A stretch of 64,000 nt of DNA from Cenococcum geophilum. Its lineage: Eukaryota. The DNA is taken from contig CP158635.1 of assembly GCA_050273025.1 (NCBI GenBank), forward strand, positions 5,704,001 to 5,768,000. Direction: 5' to 3'. The first letter of the stretch is position 1; every line of letters starts with the position of its first letter. Below, one piece after another: positions 40,040 to 52,710 of this stretch. The position numbers were made by a program, and so were the translations under genes. The notes under the pieces are model-generated. The model did not search any database. It saw nothing but the letters and a program-made list of their open reading frames with translations, and was not told the origin of the DNA.

Positions 40040-42849
40040 GTATTTTTATAAGATAGCATTCTATAAGCTTTAGTTCAGAGGCATTTATATAAGCCGTTAC
40101 ATTATACTAAGCTTACCTACCTAAGGGGGACTTTATTCGTTTTAAAGCTCCCTCTTTACCTCGCCTAGGAAGGCCTAGATAATCTCCCACCGCCATTCTA
40201 CGTATTCTTATAAAGAATACACATTAAACACCCCTAGCTATACGTTGTCGACGCGTTAAGTCGCTATTATTAAACTAGGAGCCGGTATTTAAGCAGCTAT
40301 AAGGTCTCCTATAGTTACGATTAAATGCTAACTTTAATAGCTAAGAACACGATAGCTTGCAGCCTACTACTACCCTATTAGATTAAGCGCGGCTCTCTAG
40401 AACCCTCCCCCCTAACCTTTTTAACTAATATGGAGTTATATAAGCTTTAGAGACAACCCTAGTTAAGACTTGGCCTAGTGCTGTAAGGAACGAAATTAGT
40501 AATTCTATTACTAAGCCTAAAACTAATCCTGTAGTATTGGCTAAGATAAGCCGAGATATAACCTACGCTATACTATTAGGCGGTAGGTATATATTATCCG
40601 CGAAGTCCTCTAGTATATATTAGGTTCGGGCCAATAGCTAAAATAAGCTAACTTATAACCTGGGCCGCTATATAGGCGGTAGGTACGCAGGTGCCGCAAG
40701 TCCTCTAGAACGAATCCTATCCGTTCTCTAGCTACTACTACTACAATAACTACCCTAATTAATACTAAGCTATATAAGGAGATATAAAATTGATTAGAAA
40801 GGACCTATCGCTTATATTATACTACTACCCTAAATAAATATAGACTGTGCCGCTACGCCTATAGTATGACCAAATGATAGCGCTAATATGCCTACTATTA
40901 CCTAACGCTTATACTATACTGCTACCCTAAATAGATAACGATTATGCTAATATACCTACGATTTTAATTACCGTTGCGCCGATATACCTATAACCCATTA
41001 ACCGACTAATAGACGAGCTCTACGTTTAACCACTATTGCTACCTAATACTTACACCGTACTGCTACCTAAATAGATAACTACTACGCCGATTTGCCTACG
41101 GACTAATAAGACCTCGTACCGTACTGCTATATAACCCCAAACCTAAACCCGTCGCTAATACCGTACTATAACCTAAATAGACAACTATTGCGCCGATACG
41201 CCTACGACCTATAAGATAAGATACTATACTAATACGCCTACGGAAGGACAACCCTTTTTAACTAAAATTAAGTTATGTATACTATAAGGAACGACCTCGG
41301 CTAAGATTAAAACTAGTGCTGCGATAAGTAAAGTTAATTAGAACAAACTAGATAACGATAGCGCTAATACGCCTATTATTATAATAGAACCTTACTACTT
41401 TATTAGCAGCTAACCAACCCTTACTGCCTTACCTATAGCCAACCAACTTCTACTACCCTGTTTATAGTAATAACTATATATAAGGTAAAGCTTTGCTCCC
41501 TAAAATACGGTCTATTACTAGCATTATACTGCTATAATCCTAATAAGTTACCGCGCTAATACGCCTGCGGCCTGAATATAACTAGGTAAAGCTTTACTCC
41601 CTAGAAAATAACCTATTACTAACACCGTACTACTACCCTAAACCCTAAACCCAATAACCCATTGTGCTAATATGCCTATAATACTATTAACCAGACCACA
41701 GCTGTGCCGATACGCCTATAGTCCCACTAACTAAATAATTGCACTAATACGCCTGCGGTTTAAATGCGGCCTAAACGTAGTTTAAATACAAACCAACTAA
41801 CTAATTGTGCTATTATGCCTAAGGCTCCAACCCACCTGGCCATACAAACCTCTAAAAAGGTAGCAGTGTCTCGCGACTGGGGAGACTGCCGGTTGGAATG
41901 TCTTATAAGCTCTCCAGCCCATACGTGACGTATAGGTAGCGCAAGGCATGACATGTGCCGTTATGCCTACGATCTACTAACTAAATAATTGTGCCAATAC
42001 GCCTGCGATTAATTAAGGAACAATAGCGCTAATACGCCTACTATCTACTATCTAACGCTAGTGCTGTACTGCCACTTAACCTCTACTACCTTACCTGTAG
42101 CAAGCCAATACCTTACTGCCTTACTGCAGCACTATAATCGACCTCTACTACTCTACCTATAGCACTATAACTGACTTTTACTGCTTCGCCTATAGTAACA
42201 ACTATATATATAGTAGAGCTTTGCTCCCTAGAATACGGCCTATTACTAGCACCGTACTACTACCTAAATAACCTGTTACTAATACTATACTACTACTAAA
42301 TAGATAAGAACTCGCGCTAATATACATGCAAGTAACTCCCTAACTCTCCCACCCTTATTAAATCTTAACATTAACTTTTTTAAGAGGGGGGCTAGGGGGG
42401 CTTTTTTTATGGCTCGGGGCGCGCTATAATAAAAGGGGGGATAGTAGAGCTAGGAGGTACCGGAGTTTTAAAGAAGGAACGACGACTAACGGAGGGCTCC
42501 TAGCGATATACCTTTTGCAGCAGCAGGAGCTGCAGGACGGCTGCCTGCCCTACGTTAACTAGCATCGCAATTAAGCGCTAGATGCTAGATTTTTTTTCTT
42601 TTCTCTTTCTTTTCTATAAGGGGATAAAGCCTAAGGGTAGGCTTTTTTGGAAGGAGGGGGTAATATAACGGCGCTGGGGCACTGCCCCTACGACGTCTAC
42701 ATACAGCCTAGTTAGGGGCTCGCTTTGAGACTTGGCTTGTGTATATAGACCTATCCTTTCCTCGACCTTCTTCTGCTCCTTAGCTTAGTATCTTTATAAG
42801 ATAGCATTTTATAAGCTTTGGTTTAGAGGCATTTATATAAGCCATTATA
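40040..42849 (+). mobile_element. Non-autonomous LTR element E (5' LTR truncated at 40040-40101; 3' LTR 42664-42849)
   Basis: The last ~60 bp of the LTR are repeated at 40040-40101; PPT ggaaggaggggg. No gag/pol motifs recognised. The LTR 3' half and pre-PPT sequence are shared with F. Confidence 0.82.
40816..42330 (+). repeat. Interspersed short-motif array inside E
   Basis: About 17 copies of consensus TGCGCCGATACGCCT and about 10 of CACCGTACTGCTACC, with variable spacers. Confidence 0.85.
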
Positions 42850-43510
42850 TCTATAAATTACTAGAAAGTAATTGGATATGGGAGATATAAAAAGCATAGA
42901 ATAAGGATCTAGACTTAAAGCAGTACGAGTACTAAGAGGCTATATATATACTAAAAAATATTATAAAAGAGTTTATTAAGGAATTTCATAAGAGAATAAT
43001 ACAAAGACACAACGAAGCTATAGGCTTAGTATTAAGACTTTAAGAGGAGTATATTATTTAAGGAATTTAGGGGCTAGCAAGACAAGTTATAAAAGAATAT
43101 CTAGATTGCTAGAGAAACAAACTAATAAGGTATAGGTCGTATGGAGGGCTATAACCTATTAAGATACTAGAAAGACTATAGGAGGTTATATTATAGGACT
43201 TTATTATAAAGTTGCTAAAATTAAGAGATCCTATTACCGGACAAAATTATAATATAATCTTAGTAATAGTAGACAAGTTAACCAAATAGGGCTACTTTAT
43301 AGCATACACAGAAGAAATCTCAGTAAAGAATATCGCTAGAATCTATATTAAAGAAGTGTTTATAAGACATAGAGCACTAATAAAGATTATATTAGACAGA
43401 GATTTAAAATTCATAGCAATATTCTAGGAAGTATTCTTAGCAGAATAAAGGGCTTAAGTAGCAACATTAACTATATATTACCTATAGATAGACAGTTAAA
43501 CGGAAAGACT

Positions 43511-44202
43511 AGAGAAGGTAGGACACTCCTTTAAGGTTAAACTACCAGATTTAATGAAGATCCACCCTATTTTCTCTTTAGGCCGATTATAAAAGGCTGC
43601 AAACAACCTATTGCCTGGATAGTATAACGACCCCCCACCGCTAATTTAGACTGTAAAGGATAAGAAATAGGAAGTTGAAGAGATCCTAGCAGTTAAGAAG
43701 GTCCGTAGGGTCTTAAAATGCTCTATAAGCTGGGTTGGCCACGACGAGGACTTAAAATGGTATCCTGTATCTGATTTTAAGTACTCCCCCTATAAACTAC
43801 GGGACTTCTACCTAGCCTACCTAGACCTCCCTAGACCATCAAGCAAATTAGATAACTGGATTAAATGCTAGGAAGAAGGGTTAGATAATTATAATAATCT
43901 AAATAACAATAAGGAACTCGGACAACGCCTAAGGGCAGGCTTTTTTAAAAGGGGGGGGGGGGGGGGGTAATGTGACGGTGCTAGTGCGCGTTACCTGCCA
44001 TGTTTAACTAATTAGGATTTTCTATGCCCGGTATGGAAAATCGCTATTGGCTTGCTTACTACTAGCGCCTTAGCGGCCCTCGCGACATGTCTACCTACTG
44101 CCCCTAAACGATTCTTCTTCTTCTTTTTCTCCTTGGCTTAGTATCTTTACTAAATAGCAATTTACAAGCTTTGGTTTAGAGGTATTTATATAAGCCATTA
44201 TA
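43511..44202 (+). mobile_element. 3' remnant of Gypsy chromovirus family F (integrase end, chromodomain, G17 PPT, LTR 43971-44202)
   Basis: KIHPIFS, then WEVEEILAV..SWVGHDED..WYP chromodomain; LTR starts TGTGACGG. Confidence 0.88.
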
Positions 44203-44812
44203 AGAGTAAAGTTTAGGTCTAAGTTAAAAAGGTATTAAGGAGGGCAAAGGCTTCTAGCTTCTAGTGGCGTAGCTTTAACTAAGCTAAGTAACTAGCATTA
44301 GCCTATAGTTTCGCTAAGGACCTACTTTAGCGTCCAGCTTCGCCTTTATTATAACGCTGTAATATAATACTGCCTAATACGTCCTGTAGCTCGCAGTAGC
44401 TATAACCCGTATAATCTATTACTAGGCGGTTCTTGGCATAGCCTTATAGCCATTTATAGCTGTTCCAATAGGGATTAAGTCGTATATTATAGTTACGCCT
44501 AAGACACTACTAGAGGCGGAGGTAATAAAGCGGATAAACGGAAATGTTATTTTAGTGCACTAATTAGTAAAGGACGTAGACAGGAGGAGAGAAGAGAGGA
44601 GAGAAGAAAGAAGGAATATAGTAGAACTAAAGCATACGTTAATACTAGGAGAGAGTATAAATATATCCTATAGAAAGGGCTAAAGAGTTACAGTGCTAGG
44701 TAATTGTTAGTATAAAATATATAAAGATTAGGGAAGGCGGGTAGAGCACCTATATAGACGCTAAGGGGATAGAAAATGCCTTATGGCTAATAGCTAGAGT
44801 CTAAAGTGGCAT
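44203..44812 (-). pseudogene. Putative three-exon gene relic of unknown product
   Basis: ATG at 44812; intron 44749-44696 (GTGCTC..TACTAAC..TAG) and intron 44637-44560 (GTATGC..CTAAT.TAG). The spliced frame has only RIP-type stops. Confidence 0.5.
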
Positions 44813-44979
44813 AATAGCAGGAAAGAAAAGAGGAGATAAAGTATAAGGGCAAAAGTAGCAAGGGAGAAGGCCTTTTATGGTTAAGGTTAAGGTTGGGTTT
44901 TAGCCAAACTGGGGTAAGAAAGCGAGCGCGTCTTGCCTATAAAGAAACCTTTATTTCCTAATGCGTAGTCTTTATCTTA

Positions 44980-47048
44980 TTTTTTACTATTTAAAGGCTC
45001 CTATTTTAAAGTATATTTTAAATTTTACTTCTATAAGCTAAGGATGTCTAAAAATATAGTTATAGCCTATAAAGTTAGCTGCCTAGAAGGGTTGCGGGCT
45101 AACTACCTTAGTATAGTTATATATCTCGGCCACTAATACTATAAGCTTATAGGCACTATATAGTTTAATCTAATACTTATTTAAGAACCCTATAGTAGGT
45201 TTCCGCTACCTTAGCAACAGGATAAGCTTATACTCTTTTACTAAATTATATTATATAAGATTAATTTCGGCGCCGCTATTATATAGTGCTTAAAACTAAC
45301 ATATCTTACCTATAGAGAGTACTATTTCTAGCTTAATAGCGATATAAAATGTCTCTTCTTCTATATCTTGCCCTAGTTATAGCTAAGAGAAGTCCGTAAC
45401 TAGGGCTTTTCTTTTTTTAGATTATTAGTACGGTTATCGCCCTACTTATTTTTCTAATTAGGTTTACCTCTAGAGAAGTTTTCTTTTAACTTTTTAAAGT
45501 ATTCCCGTAAGGGTACTTAATGGGTATTAGGTTAGCCCTAGGAGTCTTTCCTATTACTTAAGGTCCCTAACTTTAACTATTTTGGATTTCTCTTTAAGAA
45601 CGGCTTCTTTAAAGTTTAGGTCTGCCCTATATTACTACTAAAGTGCCTATACTTTTAGTTACCCCTAACTTCTTGCTAAAAGAGGTCTAGTTTCTTATTA
45701 TATCCTTAGTGTTTAAAACCGCTCGTTTAAAATCTGTATATATGGTAATCCGCGATAGGGCTTTTATGCGCTTTATTTTATTATAAATTACTAACTTAAT
45801 TTTAGCCTAAATAAATCTGATCTCCTCCTTTTTATAAATACTACTATCCTTATTTTTAAAGGGCTTTAGATCTATTAGTTAAGTATAAGTTTCTATAAGG
45901 TTTATAAACTAGCGGAAATTATAATGGTTAAGCTATATCCTATTCTAGAATAGTTATATATTATTATATTATATAATATACAGATCTTAAGTCTACTTTT
46001 TTAAAAAGGTTTATAGCTACGGCTATATAGTAATTTGCTCTTTATTAAGCTAATTTAGTATAATCTAGTTTAGGGATTAATTTTTAATCTTACTAATAAT
46101 CCATTAAGTACGCTGTTTAGTATTATTTTATATTATTAGTATTTTAAAGAAGTTATCTACTTTATAAACCTAATTATCTAACTATTGGGGGTTAGGTTTA
46201 TGGCGGAGTTTTAAACTACTAAAGGCCTTAGCTAGTTAGTCTATATCCTTTTTCTATTTACTATATAAATACCTCTTTAAGTCTTCTATACCTTCTTAAG
46301 TAAATACTAAGTAGCCCCTAAAAAGCCCTTAGCCTTAACTAGGTTATAAAAGATTTTATCTAACCTAGATTAAGCTCTTCTAGATCTAGACTTACCCCTA
46401 AAGGTTTCTAATATATTTATTAGTGGCTCCTTCCTATATAGCTTCTAAAAGCCTTATAGTAGCTTTCTAATATCCTTTTTATAGAAGATTAGTATAAGGC
46501 TTCTAACTTTCTAAACTTAGGCCTAGGGAAGCTCTGGCTATAAAGGTAGCATTAGCACTAGTAGCTAGTATAGGTTTCCTAATAAGGCTCTGGTCTTAAG
46601 TTAGTATTTAAGTTAAATTACCTAAAGGGGTAGTCCCGTTTAGCTAATAAGTAGTTTATATACCGCTACTATACTAATTATGGGCCGATGGTCTTCCGTA
46701 AGGGTTCTGGTTAGGTCCCTAATTAAATGTATTAATATATTCCTTTAGAATTTCTAGCTTAAGGGAAGATCTTAGGGTTACTTTTAGCGCTTAATCTTCT
46801 AATTAGCCTAAGTTAGGCTAAGGGGGTTCCGGCTGCTTTTTTTAGTAGTGTTATAGTTGTTATAGAGGGTGTCTATATTTTCCTTAGCGTTACTAGTAGC
46901 TGTAAGAATGCAAGAGTTTTTAAGCTTTTAGTATATCTAGGGATTAGGGCTTATTTAGCCGTCTTGCCTAAAGGTTTATATTATCGCAATTTCTTGCTAT
47001 TAGAGGGACCTTTCTACCTTAAGGTAACGGCTTTCTTATAAGGGATAT
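44980..47048 (-). mobile_element. Gypsy family G copy G1 (gag and protease only)
   Basis: Reverse complement of G2 ~47385-49775, lacking the solo LTR. Confidence 0.85.
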
Positions 47049-48746
47049 TATTGCGATCACTTTGGGTTGCCCTTAGGACAACCTCCAGACGCCCCTTAGA
47101 TAGTTGCTAGTTACGTGCTAGAGGCATATGTCTATAGTATATAGTCTCTATAATCCTAGAGGTCTTACCTCCTTAAGAATTCGTCTCTCTTACCAATTTA
47201 TCCTATTCCATAATTGTGTCCTTATAGTCCCCTGTCTACAAAGTCCCTATATATTTAAATCCTTTCTACTCTATTTAGAAGGGCAGCTGGCTTAAGGACC
47301 AGATTGTTTATTTACATCTTTTATTTATATCTACTATTCCTTCCTTAAAAAACTTCACGACGACCTAAATAGAAACTCTACGGATACCTTATGGAAAGCC
47401 GTTATATTAAGGTAGGAAGGTCCCTCTAATAGTAAGAGATTATAATAATATAAACCTCTAGGTAAGACGGCCGAATAAGCCCTAATACCTAGATGCACTA
47501 GGAGCTTAAAGACTCTTATATACCTACCTAGGCTAACTAGAAGACTAAGCGCTAGAGGCGACTTTAAGATCTTCTTTAAAGCTAGAAATGCTAGAGGAAT
47601 ATATTAACGCGTCTAACTAGGGACCTAACTGGAACCCTCCCGGAAGACCACTGGCCTATAATTGGTATAGTGGCGGTATATAGACTGCTTATAAGCTAAG
47701 TAGGCCTACCCCTTTAGGTAATCTAACCTAAACACTAACTTAAGACCTAAGGCTTATTAGGAAACCCGTACTAGTTACTAATACTAATACTACCTTTATA
47801 GCTAAAGCTTCCCTAGGCCTAAGTTTAGAAATTTAAAAGCCCTATACCAATCTCCTTTAAAATAGATATTAGAAAGCTATTATAAGGCTCTTAGAAGCTA
47901 TATGGAAGGAAGCTACTAATAAATATATTAAAACCCTTTAAGGGCAAATTTAGATCTAATAGGGTTTAATTTAAGCTAAAAGTTTTTTTTTATAACCTGG
48001 CTAAGGCTAAGGGCTTTTTAGGGGCTACCTAGTACCTACCTAAGGAGGTATAAAAGACTTAGAGAGGCATCTACGCAATAAATAGAAAAAGGATATAGAC
48101 TAACTAGCTAAGGCCTTCGGTAGTCTAGAACTCTATTATAAACCCAACACCCAATATTTAGATAATTAGGTTTATAAAGTGGACAACTTCTTTAAGATGC
48201 TAATAATATAAGATAATACTAAAGAACGTATACGTTAGATTATTAGTAAGATTAAAAACCAATTACTAAACCAGATTACGCTTAATTAACTTAATAAAGA
48301 GCAAATTACTATATAACTATAGCTGCAGACCTTTCTAAAGGATTAGACCTAAGATCCGCATATTATATAATATAATAACGCAGAACAATTTTAGAATGGT
48401 ATATAACTGGACCATTAAGATTTCTACTAGTTTATAAACTTTATAGAAACTTATGCTTAATAGATAAATTTAAAGCCCTTTAAAAATAAAGACGGCAGCG
48501 TCTATAAAAGAAGAAGATTAGATTTATCTAGGCTAGAATTAAGCTAGCAATTTATAATAAAATAAAGCGCGTAGGAGTTCTACCGCAGATTACCGCATAT
48601 ACGGATTTTAAATAAGCGGTTTTAAATGCTAAGAATATAGTAAGGAACTAAACCTCTTCCAGTAAAAAGCTGGGGGGTAGCTAGAAGCGTAGGCACTCTA
48701 GTAGTAATATAGGGCAGACCCAGTCTTTAAAAAAGCCGATCTTAAA

Positions 48747-49169
48747 TGTTATGGACGCTTTAAGTACAATATTACGACTACTTAGAGAAGAGTTGGAAGA
48801 AGCTAGTTGGTTAATATAAGCACGGTCCAGGATGGAGCCGATAGAGCTATGTGACGAGGAATGGTAACCGAGGTCACATAATGTGCTACGTATTAAACGA
48901 GAGGGATAAGAGGAACTTATATACCTTATATATAAGACGTATATTACGTACAAGAAGGATTTTATAGGAGTACGGTTGTATATTTAAGGACCCTCAGTCC
49001 CTACCTAGATAGTTCCTTCCTTATAGTAATTCTCAGAATACAATTAGAGTTAATCTATTGGGCAACCACTCCACCAGTTATTATTACGTTGTTGACTTTA
49101 ATTTGCATCACCTACACACCTAGCCCAATAACGAGCCCACCGTAGTACCTGCTATAAGGTTCCGTTACA
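48747..49169 (+). mobile_element. Solo LTR of family B
   Basis: Matches 4716-5139, TG..CA ends, TSD TTAAA on both sides. Confidence 0.95.
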
Positions 49170-51263
49170 TTAAAAAGAACTTTAGAATAGTTAAAGTTAG
49201 AAGCCTTAAGTAGTGGAAAAGATTTTTATAGCTAACCTAATACCTACTTAACACCCTTATAAGAACACTCTAAGAAGCTAAAAGGAAATGCTTATTAGAA
49301 AAATAAGTAGGGTGGTAAACGCGCTAATAAACTAAAAAAAGAGAAGCCCTAGTTATGGACGTCTCCTAGTTATAACTAGGGCAAAATACGAAAGGGAAGA
49401 CTCTCTGTATTGCTATTAAGCCAGAAATAATACTCCCTATAGGCAAAATGCGTTAGTTCTAAGCACTATATAATAGTAGCGCCGAAATTAATCTTATATA
49501 ATATAATTTGGTAAAAGAGTATAAACTTATCCCGTTACTAAGGTGGCGGAAACCTATTATAGGCTTCCTAGATAAGCATTAGATTAAACTATATAGCGCC
49601 TATAAGCTTATAGTGTTAATAGCCTATATATATAACCGCACTAAAGTAGTTAGCCTGCAACCCTTTTAGGCGGCTAACTTTATAGGTTATAACCCTATTC
49701 TTAAATATCCTTAGCTCGCGGAAGTATATTTTAAGATACGCTTTAAGATAGGAGCCTTTAAATAGTGAAACAATAAAGAATTAGAAGGGCGTATATTACT
49801 AATAAGCTTAAAAAACATTCTAGAAGATATAGCTCTAGGCGAAATAATATATGCTTTATACTCAAAGGAGTATTAGATCTAATCCCTGTTCTATAGCAAG
49901 ATAAATATAAAGCCTAGTATAGGCGATAACCTTTCGTAATAGATACCCTATAGGGAACTACTAGATAGGTCGCGAAGACACTGCAGAGAGGCGGCGATCT
50001 TAAAGATCTTACGAGATACTTCTACCGCTATAGGTTACTCTGGCTTAAGCAATATATAGAGAGTATACTACAGCACCTTAAACGCTACATTAAAGAATTC
50101 TCTACCCTCTACTGGCTACTGTATAAAACTGTTTAATATATAGTAGCAACTATATACAAACAGCTACTATAGCACGCGACAATACCTATAAGCGTCCTAA
50201 GGGAGCTCCGGGATCTACTTAATAATAATATAAAGAACAAGTATAACCCTAATCTATTAAATATTCCATTAGGCCTAAGGAACTTACTTAGGGTATTTTT
50301 AGGTAGGTAAGTAAAAGTCCTTTAACAGAACTTAGAATATAACTATATAATTAATCTAAAAGAAGGCAAACAACCACTAAACTTTTCTATCTATAACCTC
50401 TCTTATAAAGAGCTTAAAATCTTATAGGAGTACCTTAATAACTTACTAAAAAAAGGGATGGATCTAACCTAGTAAGTCGCTAGTAGGCACGCTAATCCTC
50501 TTTATTCTAAAACTAGATAAAACTATAAGGCTATATATAGACTATCGCGGTCTTAATAAAATCATAATTAAGAACCGTTACCTACTCCTACTAGTTAGTA
50601 AAATGCTAGATTAACTATCTAGGGCAAAGATCTTTACGAAGCTGGATCTATAAGACGCCTATTATAAACTCTATATTAAAAGGGGGGATAAGTAGAAGAC
50701 CACTTTTAAGACCTAATATGAACACTTTAAGTATATAGTAATGTCTTTTAGGCTAGCCAATGCGCCTATAATATTTTAACTATATATTTATAGAGCCTTA
50801 GGGGGACTAGTTAACCGCATATATATTATCTATTTAGATAACATTCTAATCTACTTAGAAGATAAGGATTAGTATAAGCAATATATCTATAAAGTGCTAG
50901 AACGCTTAGATAATTAGGGCCTCTACGCTAAGGCGTTAAAGTATATCTTTAATAACAAGTAGGTTAAGTTCCTAGGTTATATTATAACGTCTATAGGCAT
51001 AGTTATAGACCTAATATAGGTATAGATAATCTAAAAGTAGCCAGAGCTAAAGAGCTACTAGGATATTTAGGTGTTCCTAGGCTTTGCTAATTTCTATAGG
51101 CGCTTTATTTATAACTACTTAGACGTTACCTAGTACCTATCTAACTATATTATAGAAGCTTTTTAAGACCTAGTTTGGGAAGTAAAAAGCCTAAAGCTGG
51201 AAAGGAAGAAAACTAAAAAGGGACTAACTAAATAGTATAAACTATAGATATGGCCCAAAAAGG

Positions 51264-52710
51264 CAGTGTGTCCAATAGTCAGCGGACAGCGAGCTTTGAG
51301 GCCGTATAGCTGACTGACTGTAGCCGAGTGGATCGCTCGCTGTCCGCTACGTTAAAATTAGGTACGCTGACTGTTACGCTGTCAGCTCGCTATCCGAATT
51401 AGGCAATTTATATAAAATTTATAGTGTTTTATTACGGATTTTTGGCAGCACCTCTATATATATAAATATTAACGTTGCCTGATTAAAATATAGCTAAAAT
51501 TATCCTCTACGCCCGCTAAGGCTTAAAAAGGTAGATATTAAGGTTGGTAGTAATATTAGCAATAAGAAAGAAAAGCAGTAATAAGGGCTCTAGAGGCTCT
51601 ACTTCTATATTAGATTTAAGTAAATATAAAGCTCTATTAGATATATTTTACCAAGCTAGTTTTTCTACCTTTATAGTTGGCTTATAGCTAGTAAAATTAA
51701 TATTTAAGCTTATTAACTAGGGTATAGTTAAAGCTCTATTAGAGTTAATACGGTTAATCAAACTACTTAATAAAAGGCCTTTAATTAGCTACTACTTCTA
51801 ATATCAATCTGCTTTAATTACGCTTATTAGTAATAATATTTCTAGTTTGGTTAAAGGCTTATTTACATATAAAGCTTATCGCTAGCATAGAGATTATATT
51901 AAGAGCAATCTTAGCAAGTAATAGATAAAGCATTTAACCGATTTTAAGCCACTAGTTAAAAGGATTAGAAATAACTTTATTCTACTTATAGCGTTAGAAC
52001 TAATCTTAATAAACTTAAGGCCTGCATTGTAGTAGCGGTTAAGCTCACTAGTAAGCTTAATACGCTTTTAATTACGCTTTAAAAAAGTAAGGCTCTTATC
52101 TATAACTAAGGACTATATATATCTATTAGTTAAATTATTATTAAATTTATAAGGAACCTTTCTATATTATGGCTTAACTAGTTCCTTATCTTCTTTATCT
52201 ACTTACTTACTAATAGAAGCAGTTAATCTATGAGGTCTTTATGGTACTAAAGAACGCGTAAATAAAGTTAATAAAGAAAAAGCAGAGGAAGAAGTAGAGA
52301 AAAAAGCTCTACTACCTTACCGGGGCATAAAATATAATATACTTTATATTTTGCATAGGTAATAAAAAGGTAAGTTTAAATATAGGGGACTAGGTTTATA
52401 CGTGTAGTGGAGATATTAAGGAAAATGATCTATTTACTATGGCTAAGCGAGAGAGTCCTAAGGGTTTTCTATTGCTTAGCCAACCGGATTTTAGCCAAAG
52501 ATCCAAATTTTGCCAAAAGCTTTAAAACACTACCAAATCTTCCTTTTCTTATCACTAAGGTAGCGAGCTGTTAGCTTGCTGTAGTTTTATTACCGACTAA
52601 CTATTAACTAACTATAATTGCCTTATCGCAGACTAACTGCTAGCTGACTGCTTATATTATCAACTTCTTGGCAGCTACGCTGCCAGCGTTACTAACTATT
52701 AGACACACTG
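51264..52710 (-). mobile_element. Internally deleted hAT DNA transposon
   Basis: TIR CAGTGTGTC.AATAGT.AG, 8-bp TSD caaaaagg/cgaaaagg. Minus-strand hAT dimerisation relic (WW..YP.LAKIAL..PAMS..CE.AF) at ~51850-51965. Confidence 0.9.

Larger units (their letters stand above)
23051..43510 (+). mobile_element. Family B copy B2, fragmented (23051-24354, 39099-39300, 39718-40040, 42850-43510)
   Basis: The pieces are colinear with B1 ~7970-10795 once B3, the MITE and E are removed. About 300 bp are missing at the E junction. Confidence 0.88.

Noticed and set aside
41633..41660. Telomere-like ccctaaa repeats (also ggttaa at ~44879-44898)
   Set aside because: Only two or three degenerate units, explained by the E motif array and RIP.
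40816..42330. CRISPR array
   Set aside because: Eukaryotic LTR-element context, degenerate repeats, irregular and mutually related spacers, and no cas genes.
43951..43967. G17 run as a separate G-quadruplex element
   Set aside because: It is the polypurine tract of F, and homopolymer length is unreliable.
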